DNA of 10,428 bases, from IMG/VR virus record IMGVR_UViG_3300037245_003639. One strand, 5' to 3'. Both the position numbers and the translations under genes were made by a program. The notes beneath the pieces were generated by a model, which worked only from the letters and a program-made list of their open reading frames with translations, had not been told where the DNA came from and did no database searches. Of this stretch, positions 1 to 6,842 are shown one piece after another (within the stretch, counting starts at the first letter, position 1; the number at the start of each line of letters is the position of its first letter). The DNA is from a virus.

Positions 1-605
1 CCGTTGTCTAATCGATATTCAATGCCTTCTATATTGACCCTGACTCCAATAAGTCGGTTGCGAGCCTCGGGAATACCTTGTTCAAATAACTTACGGAAGG
101 CCCGATCAGATTCACTCTGCTGACCCGCTATCGCAGCAATTTCCTCTTCGGTTAGCTCTGTGGTAATATCTTCTTGAGTATCTGTGACTGCAATGGCTTC
201 AAAAACGTATTCGCCTACATCAATTTCGACCACACCCTCATTAGCTCCAGCTTCATCAAACTCCGCTTGAGTGAGTATATGGGCGGCATTTAGCCTATTA
301 GCTGTACGAGCAAAACTGATTACAATACGACTGGAAGGAGTGAAGATATCCGACTGGATGGAAAAAGCGCCGGTAGCCGTAAAAAATCCCAAAAGGGGTA
401 GACCGAACGTTTCTCCAGGAGTGATAACGGGAGGCTGAAAGCTATAGTAACCTTGGGCAGACGCATGCCATATTGTTCTTCTGGTGGGTAGAAACTCCGA
501 AGGATATGTACCTATACGCGGATTTATATCGATACTCGACCATGCAATCTTACAGGGCCGAGGATTTCCTCTTCCACATATACCAAAGAACTCGGGTAAT
601 GGCAT
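1..605 (-). CDS. 5' part (~201 codons, no stop through window edge) of a gene immediately downstream of the tape measure gene. Probably a tail structural protein at the position usually held by the distal tail protein, but not recognised by sequence.
   Basis: Manual translation of the minus strand from ATG at 605..603 gives MPLPEFFGICGRGNPRPCKIAW...EYRLDN with no stop down to position 1. The ATG lies 6 nt after the TMP stop (TAA ATA TTC ATG). The six-frame track omits it because it runs off the window. Confidence 0.5.
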   Translation of the reverse strand, partial: MPLPEFFGICGRGNPRPCKIAWSSIDINPRIGTYPSEFLPTRRTIWHASAQGYYSFQPPVITPGETFGLPLLGFFTATGAFSIQSDIFTPSSRIVISFARTANRLNAAHILTQAEFDEAGANEGVVEIDVGEYVFEAIAVTDTQEDITTELTEEEIAAIAGQQSESDRAFRKLFEQGIPEARNRLIGVRVNIEGIEYRLDN

Positions 606-611
606 GAATAT

Positions 612-3600
612 TTATCCGGTGTTCATAGCGTTTCCGCCACCCACGGCAGCAGATCGGTTGTATTGGACGCCTTGATCTTCTGATGTAAATTCATCAATTT
701 CATCAGCGACAGAGATGAGAGCTTTAGCGGCTTTCTTTAGAAGCACGGCAGCATCGACTACTTTATCCCCCGTAGTTCCCATGCCTGTCCCCCCACCAGC
801 AGCGGCTCCACGTCCACCTTGGCCGCGAGTTAGCTTCCGTGCTGTTTCTTGCTGGGCTTGGGTTTTGGCTTGAGCCTCTTTCTGCTTTGCGATTATAGCC
901 TCGTCGGCGGGGCTCCAAGGCATTTGTGAAGTCGCTATATTATGCCGTAGCATAGCCTCTCTCATGACTTTATTGAATTGTTTGAATTCAAGCTCCCGCT
1001 GTGCCGGGTCATAGAGTTTAGCGTTTTCTTTACGAGCCCGTTCAATCTCCTTCTGGGTTCGTTTTTGTTCTCTTGCGGTGCCACCCCTGCGACCCACGAG
1101 GCTGAATGCATAACCAGCTTTCCTGCGTAAGCCACTCTTCTGTTTTCGGGCTGCTCTTTTGACGTTCTCTGCCATGGAAACATCTTGAGCAGTTAATTGA
1201 GGAAAACCCAAATTTTGTTCAATTTGTTTCTGTGCTGCTGGAGTAACTGCTGCACCAGCAGGCGGAGCAACCGCTCCTGCTGCACCAGCAGGCGGTTTAG
1301 TCTGGGCTTCGGCCTGTGCTTTTATAGCTGCCCACACCCGGCTGCCGAATCGCTTCAATTTGACTTTATTCTCTCGTTTCGACTCTTCAGCAGCAAGAGT
1401 ACGAAGTTCCCCTTTTAATCGTCCATATTCCCCTAGTTCTTTAGCAACATTGTCCCGTAAGCGTTGAATATTCTCTTTCTCATGTTGTTCAACAACACCC
1501 CATCCTTTCTCTCTGCCTACCGGATCAAATATCGCTGTTTTAACTCTCCGGAACTTACGACCCAGACGTGATTCGTTTTCTCGGTCACCCCTTTCCAGCA
1601 GAGCCTCAGAAAGCGCCTTAGTATTATATTGCCATCGACCTTTGATTCTATCCCTCTCCTGTTGAAGACCGGCACGCTTCCTTTGTAGCTTGCTCCATGC
1701 AGCAGCATCTTTACCTCCTGGGCCTGCGGCAGCGGCAGCGGCAGCGGCAGCGGCAGCGGCATGGGCAGGGGCGGCACGGGCAGCAGGGGCAGCAGGGGCA
1801 GCAGGGGCTCCGGGTCTTCCTGGGAATTGAACTGTTCTTCCGCCCGTAACAACTCCAACTGGCAGTCGGGTTCTTAACCCACGAGCTGCTCCCCGAGCTG
1901 CTTCGCCTGCTATTAATCCCTCGTTCACTCCGCCTCGAACTCCACCAGCCACGGCTGTGCGGACAGCAGCCCGACCAGCGTAGTCACCAAGAGCATCAAT
2001 AGAATTTACAATTCTATCGGATGTTTCATAAATAGCATCAACCTGTGTTTCAGCAGAGTCATGGATACCCATAACAAGATCCATAGACTCCTTAGTGGCT
2101 TGTCGTTGGGCATCGTCCTGGATATTGGCTAAAGCAGAGCCCATTCGCTCTGCAATTTGCTCCCGACCGAATGCTCCTCCGCCAGTTCGCTGAAGCTCCC
2201 CATAGCCACCCGCTCCAAAACGATATGACGCCGCGTCGGCTCGATTAGCAGCTTCACCGACTTGACCAATCAAATAGTTGGCCTTAACAAGGCCCTTATC
2301 AAGAGCCATTCCAAGATTCTTTTCCTGGTCGATGATAATCTTCTCGAATTCACCCGTAGCAAAAGCTTGAGCCTGGACGGCATCGAGATATCCATCTCTC
2401 AGTTCTTTGACCATGTTTAGTTGGTCAGCCGTAATGCGTTTGATTTGATTCGCTAAATCTCGCTGTTGTTTGAGATATCCACGCGAAGCTCCCTCTTCGG
2501 CAATCCGCTGATTAACGATATCCAACTGGTTTTGCAGTAATCCCTTTTGCTGTTGCAGCTCTCTGGTAACTCGCAGCATTGCCTGGACACCAAGCGCGGG
2601 AGTTCCATAAAGGGCTTTACTAATGTCTAGGTCGGATTTGTGCAAATCTACAAGTTGTTTACTTAGGCTGGTATCGAGTTGAAGGCTCGCGAGTCTCGTC
2701 TCTAGGATAGTAGCTCTAAGAGCTTCAGCTTGAGCGATCTGGTTAAGTGCTTCGCCGATTTTCTTGTGGGCTAATAACTCTTCTGCCCTATTCTTGGCCA
2801 TTGCCAGATCTATCTCAGCCGTCTTAAGACTTTGATCCGCTAATTCTCGCATGAGCGGGATCGTCTTGGCCAAATTATCAGCGATTCGGTCAGCAAGTTC
2901 GGCGCCGCCTGCCAGCCCTCTAATGTCGAGATTAAATCCAAATTCTAATAGACTTTTCAGGCTCTTCACCTGAGATGTTAGCCCTTCTACTCCTTCTCTT
3001 AGCTTCTTGACTCGCTCTTGTAGCTGTCTCCATCTAACCAAATGTTCAGCTTCAACTGCCGGCGTTTTAGCTGAATCCTTTTTCGCATCTATTACATCTT
3101 GTATGTTCTTCCTGACAGCTTCAATAGCGTCAGCGTGGGCTTCTCCTGCCTTTATATCTTTATCGTCATCTCCCCATATAGCGAAGCCTGCAACTAGTGC
3201 GCTAACTGCTCCAATTCCCGCGATTACCCAACCGAGTGGTCCCATCATGGCCTTCCAGAATGAGGAGGCAGCTACTTTGGCTACCGCGAGTGCGCCGCTC
3301 ATACCATGAGTAGCAATTGTGGTAGCAACAATTTGAGCGGCCACCGTAGTAAAAGACTGGATGATGCCTTTTATGGCACTACCTACCCCTGGGAACAATA
3401 ACAAAGCCCCCACGATCTTCAATGGCGCGGGCAGGGCCACGATCCACTTAACTACCTCTGTCAAAAGCTTTCCGAGTGTTTCGAATGTCGAAAGTATTGG
3501 ACCTGAGTTATCTGTGATCCATGTAATAAACTCTTGCATTCCAACAGTTAGCGCTGGTAATATGTCCGAGGAAATATATTCCATTGCATTTTTGATGTCA

Positions 3601-4448
3601 GACCCAAAAGATGTCATAATTGCGGTCGCAGCATTCTGACCCACGGTTCGTATTTGTTCCATTGCTTGGGTCCAGGCCATGGATGCCTGCACATTGGCAT
3701 TCATCACATTTGGCAGGTTGGTCATAATACGAGTCATCTCAACTGCTACTTGTATTGAGTCAGGAGCCCAGAATTCTACTGCTTGAAACATTTGCATAGA
3801 ACCGAATTGACCTTCAAACTCTTTTATAATACGGGCGAAGGCAGCGCGATCAGTAAACCCGGTTGCGAATTCGTTGATCATCTTTCTGGCTTCTTCTCGG
3901 CCCACAACACGAGTGAGTTTGTCTGTTAGACTAGCAAGCGAATCCGAAACGCCAGAATCTAAAGCCGCAGCAGCAGTGAGGCTCTGTTTGGCAAAGTCTG
4001 CAAGGACATCCGCGACAGATTGCATCGAAGCAGCCATTATCCCGGCCTTTTCTGACACGTTAAGATATGATTGGCCTAAATCGCCTAGTGCTTGATTGGC
4101 GTTACGAGTAACGTAAGCAAGTTTCACATAACTCTGATTGTACTTGACTAATACTTTGATGGCCAGACCAACACTCCCGACCAGCCCTGAAATAACGCCA
4201 GTACCAATGGCCACTCCTTTAAAAAAGGCGCGAGTTGATTTGACAGTTTTCCAGATGCTTTTGTTTAGTTTGCCTAGGGATTTGTCAGCTTCTGTCGTCG
4301 CTTCTTCAAATTCTTCCAGGCCGCTGCTTGCTTCGCCCGCAACCTTTTTTATCTTCACTAAATACTTGAGCGCAGCTCCCACATTCTTGAGACTTTCTTC
4401 TATGGAAAGAAGAAGTTTAGTGTCTAGTTGGGTAGGAGCATCGGGCAT
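612..4448 (-). CDS. Tail tape measure protein (1278 aa)
   Basis: It is by far the largest ORF. The protein is Ala/Leu/Gln/Glu-rich with long predicted coiled-coil stretches (e.g. AEELLAHKKIGEALNQIAQAEALRATILETRLASLQ). It has internal glycine-rich hydrophobic segments (PLKIVGALLLFPGVGSAIKGII..., GPLGWVIAGIGAVSALVAGFAIWG) and a highly charged K/R/E-rich C-terminal third with a poly-Ala/Pro linker. ATG 4448..4446 overlaps the upstream stop (TAATG). It sits in a structural operon between small proteins and a further structural gene. Confidence 0.8.
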   Translation of the reverse strand: MPDAPTQLDTKLLLSIEESLKNVGAALKYLVKIKKVAGEASSGLEEFEEATTEADKSLGKLNKSIWKTVKSTRAFFKGVAIGTGVISGLVGSVGLAIKVLVKYNQSYVKLAYVTRNANQALGDLGQSYLNVSEKAGIMAASMQSVADVLADFAKQSLTAAAALDSGVSDSLASLTDKLTRVVGREEARKMINEFATGFTDRAAFARIIKEFEGQFGSMQMFQAVEFWAPDSIQVAVEMTRIMTNLPNVMNANVQASMAWTQAMEQIRTVGQNAATAIMTSFGSDIKNAMEYISSDILPALTVGMQEFITWITDNSGPILSTFETLGKLLTEVVKWIVALPAPLKIVGALLLFPGVGSAIKGIIQSFTTVAAQIVATTIATHGMSGALAVAKVAASSFWKAMMGPLGWVIAGIGAVSALVAGFAIWGDDDKDIKAGEAHADAIEAVRKNIQDVIDAKKDSAKTPAVEAEHLVRWRQLQERVKKLREGVEGLTSQVKSLKSLLEFGFNLDIRGLAGGAELADRIADNLAKTIPLMRELADQSLKTAEIDLAMAKNRAEELLAHKKIGEALNQIAQAEALRATILETRLASLQLDTSLSKQLVDLHKSDLDISKALYGTPALGVQAMLRVTRELQQQKGLLQNQLDIVNQRIAEEGASRGYLKQQRDLANQIKRITADQLNMVKELRDGYLDAVQAQAFATGEFEKIIIDQEKNLGMALDKGLVKANYLIGQVGEAANRADAASYRFGAGGYGELQRTGGGAFGREQIAERMGSALANIQDDAQRQATKESMDLVMGIHDSAETQVDAIYETSDRIVNSIDALGDYAGRAAVRTAVAGGVRGGVNEGLIAGEAARGAARGLRTRLPVGVVTGGRTVQFPGRPGAPAAPAAPAARAAPAHAAAAAAAAAAAAGPGGKDAAAWSKLQRKRAGLQQERDRIKGRWQYNTKALSEALLERGDRENESRLGRKFRRVKTAIFDPVGREKGWGVVEQHEKENIQRLRDNVAKELGEYGRLKGELRTLAAEESKRENKVKLKRFGSRVWAAIKAQAEAQTKPPAGAAGAVAPPAGAAVTPAAQKQIEQNLGFPQLTAQDVSMAENVKRAARKQKSGLRRKAGYAFSLVGRRGGTAREQKRTQKEIERARKENAKLYDPAQRELEFKQFNKVMREAMLRHNIATSQMPWSPADEAIIAKQKEAQAKTQAQQETARKLTRGQGGRGAAAGGGTGMGTTGDKVVDAAVLLKKAAKALISVADEIDEFTSEDQGVQYNRSAAVGGGNAMNTG
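1247..1295. repeat. Two copies of a 19-nt direct repeat (ctgctgcaccagcaggcgg) with a 30-nt period inside the TMP gene. It encodes PPAGAAGAVA / PPAGAAVTPA.
   Basis: The copies at 1247-1265 and 1277-1295 are read directly from the sequence. Confidence 0.7.
1728..1761. repeat. Hexanucleotide microsatellite (GGCAGC) x 5.7, encoding the poly-Ala run (AAAAAAAAAAAA) of the TMP
   Basis: ggcagcggcagcggcagcggcagcggcagcggca is read directly. On the coding strand this is GCTGCC = Ala-Ala. Confidence 0.9.
1782..1808. repeat. 9-nt tandem repeat (AGCAGGGGC) x 3, encoding the PAAPAAPAA segment of the TMP
   Basis: agcaggggcagcaggggcagcaggggc is read directly, adjacent to the hexamer repeat. Confidence 0.85.
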
Positions 4449-5164
4449 TATCTAACCTTTGGTGTAAAACGGTTTCGGCGGCGGCCAGGAACACGAGGGA
4501 AAAATTTCCTAAGAGCCCGCGTGGCCCAACTATTGGGTTTGGGAAATTCTAGGCCTCTATCGTAATATCTGCTCCGCCATTCTTCGGCGGACATACCGAT
4601 GGGAGTGTCCATGGCTCCCCAAAACACTTCAACAGGATTGGGCTGGTTTGATCTGGGTGCTGGAGTAGTAGGTTCTGTCTTTGGCTCTCGTGATCTCATT
4701 TTGTTTAGTGTCGCAGGTGAGAACTCTGCTGTTTTTGTGCTAACTCCAGATTCTATGGCGTGTTGAGGACAAAGCAGAGCCCCTCTTCCTCGACCCGCAA
4801 GATTCTCTGTATCCTTAGCGCATTTACCTGCTGTCCCACAAACAGCACAAGCACCCTGGACGAGAGAGTCTTTATTCTGATTAAGCCACTGATTTCGCGC
4901 AACAGATTGTTGGACTCTTTTGGCTGGACCCTCAACGAGATTACCTACATTGCCTTCAAATACGTCCGTCAGCAATCTTTCTGTCGCTCGACCAGCTTGT
5001 CCAGGTGTTGGAGGAGTTTTGGGGAGTCGGCTACCCCTGCCTGGGTAACCCATGCCTCTTCCCGAATATCCCATGCCTCCAGGCATACGTTGAGAAATAA
5101 TTTTTAGCATAGTGGAACTCCGTCTATTTATATTCCACAATTTTGTCAAAATTCCCCTTGACAT
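4448..5164 (-). CDS. Arg/Gly-rich protein with a Cys4 (zinc-ribbon-like) cluster, translationally coupled to the TMP. It occupies the position where a tail assembly chaperone is normally found. Function unknown.
   Basis: ORF of 238 aa. The more likely start is ATG 5110..5108, preceded by GGAG plus a 7-nt spacer (220 aa). The ATG at 5164 has no SD. Features are a GMGYSGRG/GMGYPGRG tandem repeat, C-x2-C-x5-C-x16-C-P-Q-H (GACAVCGTAGKCAKD...LLCPQH), and a very basic C-terminus (RKFFPRVPGRRRNRFTPKVR). Its stop TAA shares the A with the TMP ATG. Confidence 0.65.
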   Translation of the reverse strand: MSRGILTKLWNINRRSSTMLKIISQRMPGGMGYSGRGMGYPGRGSRLPKTPPTPGQAGRATERLLTDVFEGNVGNLVEGPAKRVQQSVARNQWLNQNKDSLVQGACAVCGTAGKCAKDTENLAGRGRGALLCPQHAIESGVSTKTAEFSPATLNKMRSREPKTEPTTPAPRSNQPNPVEVFWGAMDTPIGMSAEEWRSRYYDRGLEFPKPNSWATRALRKFFPRVPGRRRNRFTPKVR

Positions 5165-5184
5165 TCTTGAGCACTTGCTATATT
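5158..5184 (+). promoter_or_regulatory. Sigma70-like promoter candidate for the plus-strand moron: -35 TTGACA (5158-5163), 15-bp spacer, -10 TATATT (5179-5184). Alternative -10 TATTGT with a 17-bp spacer.
   Basis: Perfect -35 hexamer. The -10 hexamer is 5/6, but the 15-bp spacer is short for sigma70. The predicted TSS is ~3-5 nt before ATG 5194, giving a near-leaderless mRNA. The -35 is the right arm of an inverted repeat TGTCAA-N8-TTGACA (5144-5163). Confidence 0.35.
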
Positions 5185-5193
5185 GTTATCAGT

Positions 5194-5517
5194 ATGTGGG
5201 CTATCATAGGCATTGTGGCTGTGGGAGCATTGGTCTCTCTCTTTTTTCGGAGTTTGTCTAAACCTACTGCCGTAGAAAATGCTGCACAGAGCGGAGATAA
5301 AGCGGCTACTCTTGCAATGCTGATCCATCTCCTCTCAGCGGTTACGGCAGCCACCTGGATGTTCTGCTGGTGTATGCAAAGAGCAGGTAGCAAAATCAAT
5401 GCGATTGAGGTTACTGCCGCATTGTTAATGAGTACATTTGCCGCAGGCGTCGGCTACTGTTTGGGTATCTTTCTGTGGATGCTTATACTCTTCTCTTGGT
5501 GGATGGAATGGCTTTAG
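5194..5517 (+). CDS. Small integral membrane protein (107 aa, three predicted TM helices) encoded opposite to the surrounding operon. Moron-like accessory gene (candidate superinfection-exclusion or other membrane effector).
   Basis: Protein MWAIIGIVAVGALVSLFF...AATLAMLIHLLSAVTAATWMFCWCM...AIEVTAALLMSTFAAGVGYCLGIFLWMLILFSWWMEWL has three clean hydrophobic spans separated by short polar loops. It fills a 349-nt gap that has no credible minus-strand ORF. It has a promoter-like element immediately upstream. The listed TTG start at 5143 would lie upstream of that promoter, so ATG 5194 is preferred. Its stop TAG 5515-5517 overlaps the stop of the convergent 123-aa gene. Confidence 0.5.
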   Translation: MWAIIGIVAVGALVSLFFRSLSKPTAVENAAQSGDKAATLAMLIHLLSAVTAATWMFCWCMQRAGSKINAIEVTAALLMSTFAAGVGYCLGIFLWMLILFSWWMEWL

Positions 5518-5885
5518 ATAGCAATCTTACCCATGATGCCCGCAATAGCGGCTCTGGTCAAAACAGGATTCAGCTCTGACAGGCGTTGAGCCGTCATTTG
5601 ATAAACTTCGTCTCCATCATGCATTTCCAATAGAAGTGTTCTTATAACAGCATCATTGAAAGCGATAGGATTTACATCATTCTCGCTTTTGATCTCTGCG
5701 GCCCCCAGGATATAGTTGCTATCCCGATAAGAGGGCTTTCGGAATACAAACTTCAGCCTTTTGGGCTCGGGCTCTATATCCGGTGGAGCATCCTTTTCGT
5801 CGGGAGATGCCTGCAAATTGCCATCGACTTCCCAGGCCCATATATCCACGCTAATCTTTTCACTTTTTTTGACAAATAGTTCCAT
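5514..5885 (-). CDS. 123-aa acidic protein. Hypothetical, possibly a gpG-like tail assembly chaperone or head-tail joining protein.
   Basis: ATG 5885..5883 is preceded by TAGGAG plus a 7-nt spacer. The previous gene's stop TAG is part of the SD. The protein is acidic with a helical C-terminus (EVYQMTAQRLSELNPVLTRAAIAGIMGKIAI) and sits a few genes upstream of the TMP. Confidence 0.6.
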   Translation of the reverse strand: MELFVKKSEKISVDIWAWEVDGNLQASPDEKDAPPDIEPEPKRLKFVFRKPSYRDSNYILGAAEIKSENDVNPIAFNDAVIRTLLLEMHDGDEVYQMTAQRLSELNPVLTRAAIAGIMGKIAI

Positions 5886-5895
5886 TGGGGAACTC

Positions 5896-6135
5896 CTAAT
5901 CTACGTCTACCCATTGTCCAGTTGCTGGATCAATTCTTCGGTTTTGTGTAAATCTACCTCTCTGCCCTTTCTTGAATCCACTGAGGATTTCATCGGCTTT
6001 GGGGGCTTTCTTCTTCGGCTTATTAGCATCTGCTTCTGCTTCGCGGAAATACAAGAGCAGCCGCAGATGAGTTTGGAAATCGCCGTTATCCATCGAGCGA
6101 ATATCTTCCAGACTCATGCTTGTATGTTGCAGCAT
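5896..6135 (-). CDS. 79-aa Lys/Arg-rich small protein, hypothetical
   Basis: ORF from ATG 6135..6133 with a weak SD (GAAAG). Composition is basic, KPKKKAPK...KKGQRGRFTQNRR. Its stop TAG is fused to the SD of the next gene. Confidence 0.45.
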   Translation of the reverse strand: MLQHTSMSLEDIRSMDNGDFQTHLRLLLYFREAEADANKPKKKAPKADEILSGFKKGQRGRFTQNRRIDPATGQWVDVD

Positions 6136-6209
6136 GTAACTTTCGTAGATCCACGGGAGCAGGTCGTCATCTATATGCTTCCCTGCATAGAAATTATGAG
6201 CTGCCCCCT

Positions 6210-6734
6210 TTAGCCTTTTAGGTCGTCTTCTGTAGGCTCGGTTACTTTCTCGAAGTTAGTAAGTAGTTCCTGAGCTACAACGGGGTCAAGCATGTCGATG
6301 ATATCATACGTTACTTCAATAGCATTTCCTTGCTCATCGACCAGACTCCATTTCTTCAAACACATCTTCAGCTTCAAGTCTCGATATCTAACACCATCGA
6401 GTTCGTTTATGGTCTTGCCATCAGTCGTCGTAATTGTTTTCAAAGAGCGTGAAATGATGGTGTTTTGGTCTTTCCAGTTAGGTTTCGTCCAGTGGGTCAC
6501 AAGTTTGCTAATCATTTTCTTTGGATCTCGAACTTGCTTTATGTCTGGACGGCTGCCCGGTGTTGGAGATGGTTGTTCTTCTCCTTCCGACCAGTAACCT
6601 TTTTTCTTCCATTCGTCAAAATCGTCTTTACTCCGAATGAAGTGAAATAACGAGTTACCGTGCATTTTCACATCTTCAATGTAAAAGAGTTCAATTGCGA
6701 TAAATCGCTTAGTCGGGTCAAGTAATATGCCCAT
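6210..6734 (-). CDS. 174-aa protein, hypothetical. Candidate tail tube, connector or chaperone. Probable start ATG 6734, not the GTG at 6827 given in the ORF track.
   Basis: ATG 6734..6732 is preceded by the strong SD AGGAGG (6746..6741) plus a 6-nt spacer. The upstream 31 codons of the open frame overlap the terminator hairpin and the -10 element, so they are unlikely to be coding. The C-terminus is acidic (VTYDIIDMLDPVVAQELLTNFEKVTEPTEDDLKG). Confidence 0.6.
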   Translation of the reverse strand: MGILLDPTKRFIAIELFYIEDVKMHGNSLFHFIRSKDDFDEWKKKGYWSEGEEQPSPTPGSRPDIKQVRDPKKMISKLVTHWTKPNWKDQNTIISRSLKTITTTDGKTINELDGVRYRDLKLKMCLKKWSLVDEQGNAIEVTYDIIDMLDPVVAQELLTNFEKVTEPTEDDLKG

Positions 6735-6759
6735 AGTCAACCTCCTAGGTGGGTGTGCC

Positions 6760-6765
6760 ATTATA
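6760..6765 (-). promoter_or_regulatory. Exact TATAAT -10 hexamer on the minus strand, ~26 nt upstream of ATG 6734. Candidate internal promoter, but the -35 is weak (TGAACT at 18 bp).
   Basis: The minus strand reads ...CCCAAACTGTATAATGGCACACCCACCTAGGAGGTTGACTATG. No good TTGACA is present. It could be activator-dependent or fortuitous. Confidence 0.3.
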
Positions 6766-6789
6766 CAGTTTGGGATGGAGAGGAGTTCA

Positions 6790-6831
6790 TAAGAAGGAGA
6801 GGAGAAGGGGTGGGACCGAAGTCCCACCCCT
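6790..6831 (-). terminator. Intrinsic terminator / attenuator candidate. It is an 11-bp GC-rich perfect stem (AGGGGUGGGAC ... GUCCCACCCCU) with a C(UUCG)G tetraloop on the minus-strand transcript, followed by the U/C tract UUCUCCUCUCCUUCUU.
   Basis: Plus 6806-6831 is aggggtgggac cgaa gtcccacccct, a perfect inverted repeat. On the minus-strand RNA the loop is UUCG closed by C:G. It lies 12 nt after the stop of the 404-aa gene. The trailing tract is pyrimidine-rich but not a pure U-run. Confidence 0.6.
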
Positions 6832-6842
6832 CGAATATACCT

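Noticed and set aside
484-675. 63-aa plus-strand ORF spanning the TMP stop region
   Set aside because: It is antisense to the TMP 3' end and to the start of the downstream minus-strand gene. There is no RBS.
1517-1858. 113-aa minus-strand ORF with a PLPLPLP repeat, and a 73-aa ORF at 962..1183
   Set aside because: They are alternative frames inside the TMP gene. The Pro-Leu repeat is just the (GGCAGC)n microsatellite read in another frame.
3007-4455. Plus-strand ORFs of 73-105 aa (3007..3309, 3361..3639, 3874..4095, 4138..4455) antisense to the tape measure gene
   Set aside because: They are fully nested in the 3.8-kb TMP coding region on the opposite strand. They have low-complexity Ser/Ala/Thr-rich translations typical of shadow frames of an Ala/Glu/Leu-rich gene, and no RBS.
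4471-4482. Near-palindrome GGAAAAATTTCC inside the 3' end of the Cys4-protein gene
   Set aside because: It is short and imperfect (5-bp arms), lies in coding sequence, and has no associated signal.
5143-5193. TTG start at 5143 for the plus-strand membrane protein (124-aa version)
   Set aside because: The TTG lies upstream of the candidate promoter and overlaps the inverted repeat. ATG 5194 gives a protein beginning directly with the first TM helix.
5146-5399. Minus-strand small ORFs (73 aa and 60 aa) in the 349-nt gap, and a possible -1/+1 frameshift extension of the 123-aa gene
   Set aside because: Their translations are not protein-like (Cys/His/Gln-rich with no pattern). The frames beyond the 123-aa stop close within 2-10 codons, so they cannot be a T-type frameshift product.
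5525-5550. Possible plus-strand terminator hairpin (CCGCAATAGCGG) after the membrane-protein ORF
   Set aside because: It has only a 4-bp stem and no U tract. It is too weak to call.
5761-6650. Plus-strand ORFs 5761..6213, 6292..6597 and 6465..6650
   Set aside because: They are antisense to three tightly coupled minus-strand genes with good RBSs. Their composition is Ser/Phe/Leu-rich, typical of shadow frames.
6735-6827. GTG start at 6827 extending the 174-aa gene to 205 aa
   Set aside because: The extension would be translated through the terminator hairpin and the -10 element and lacks an SD. ATG 6734 has a consensus AGGAGG RBS.
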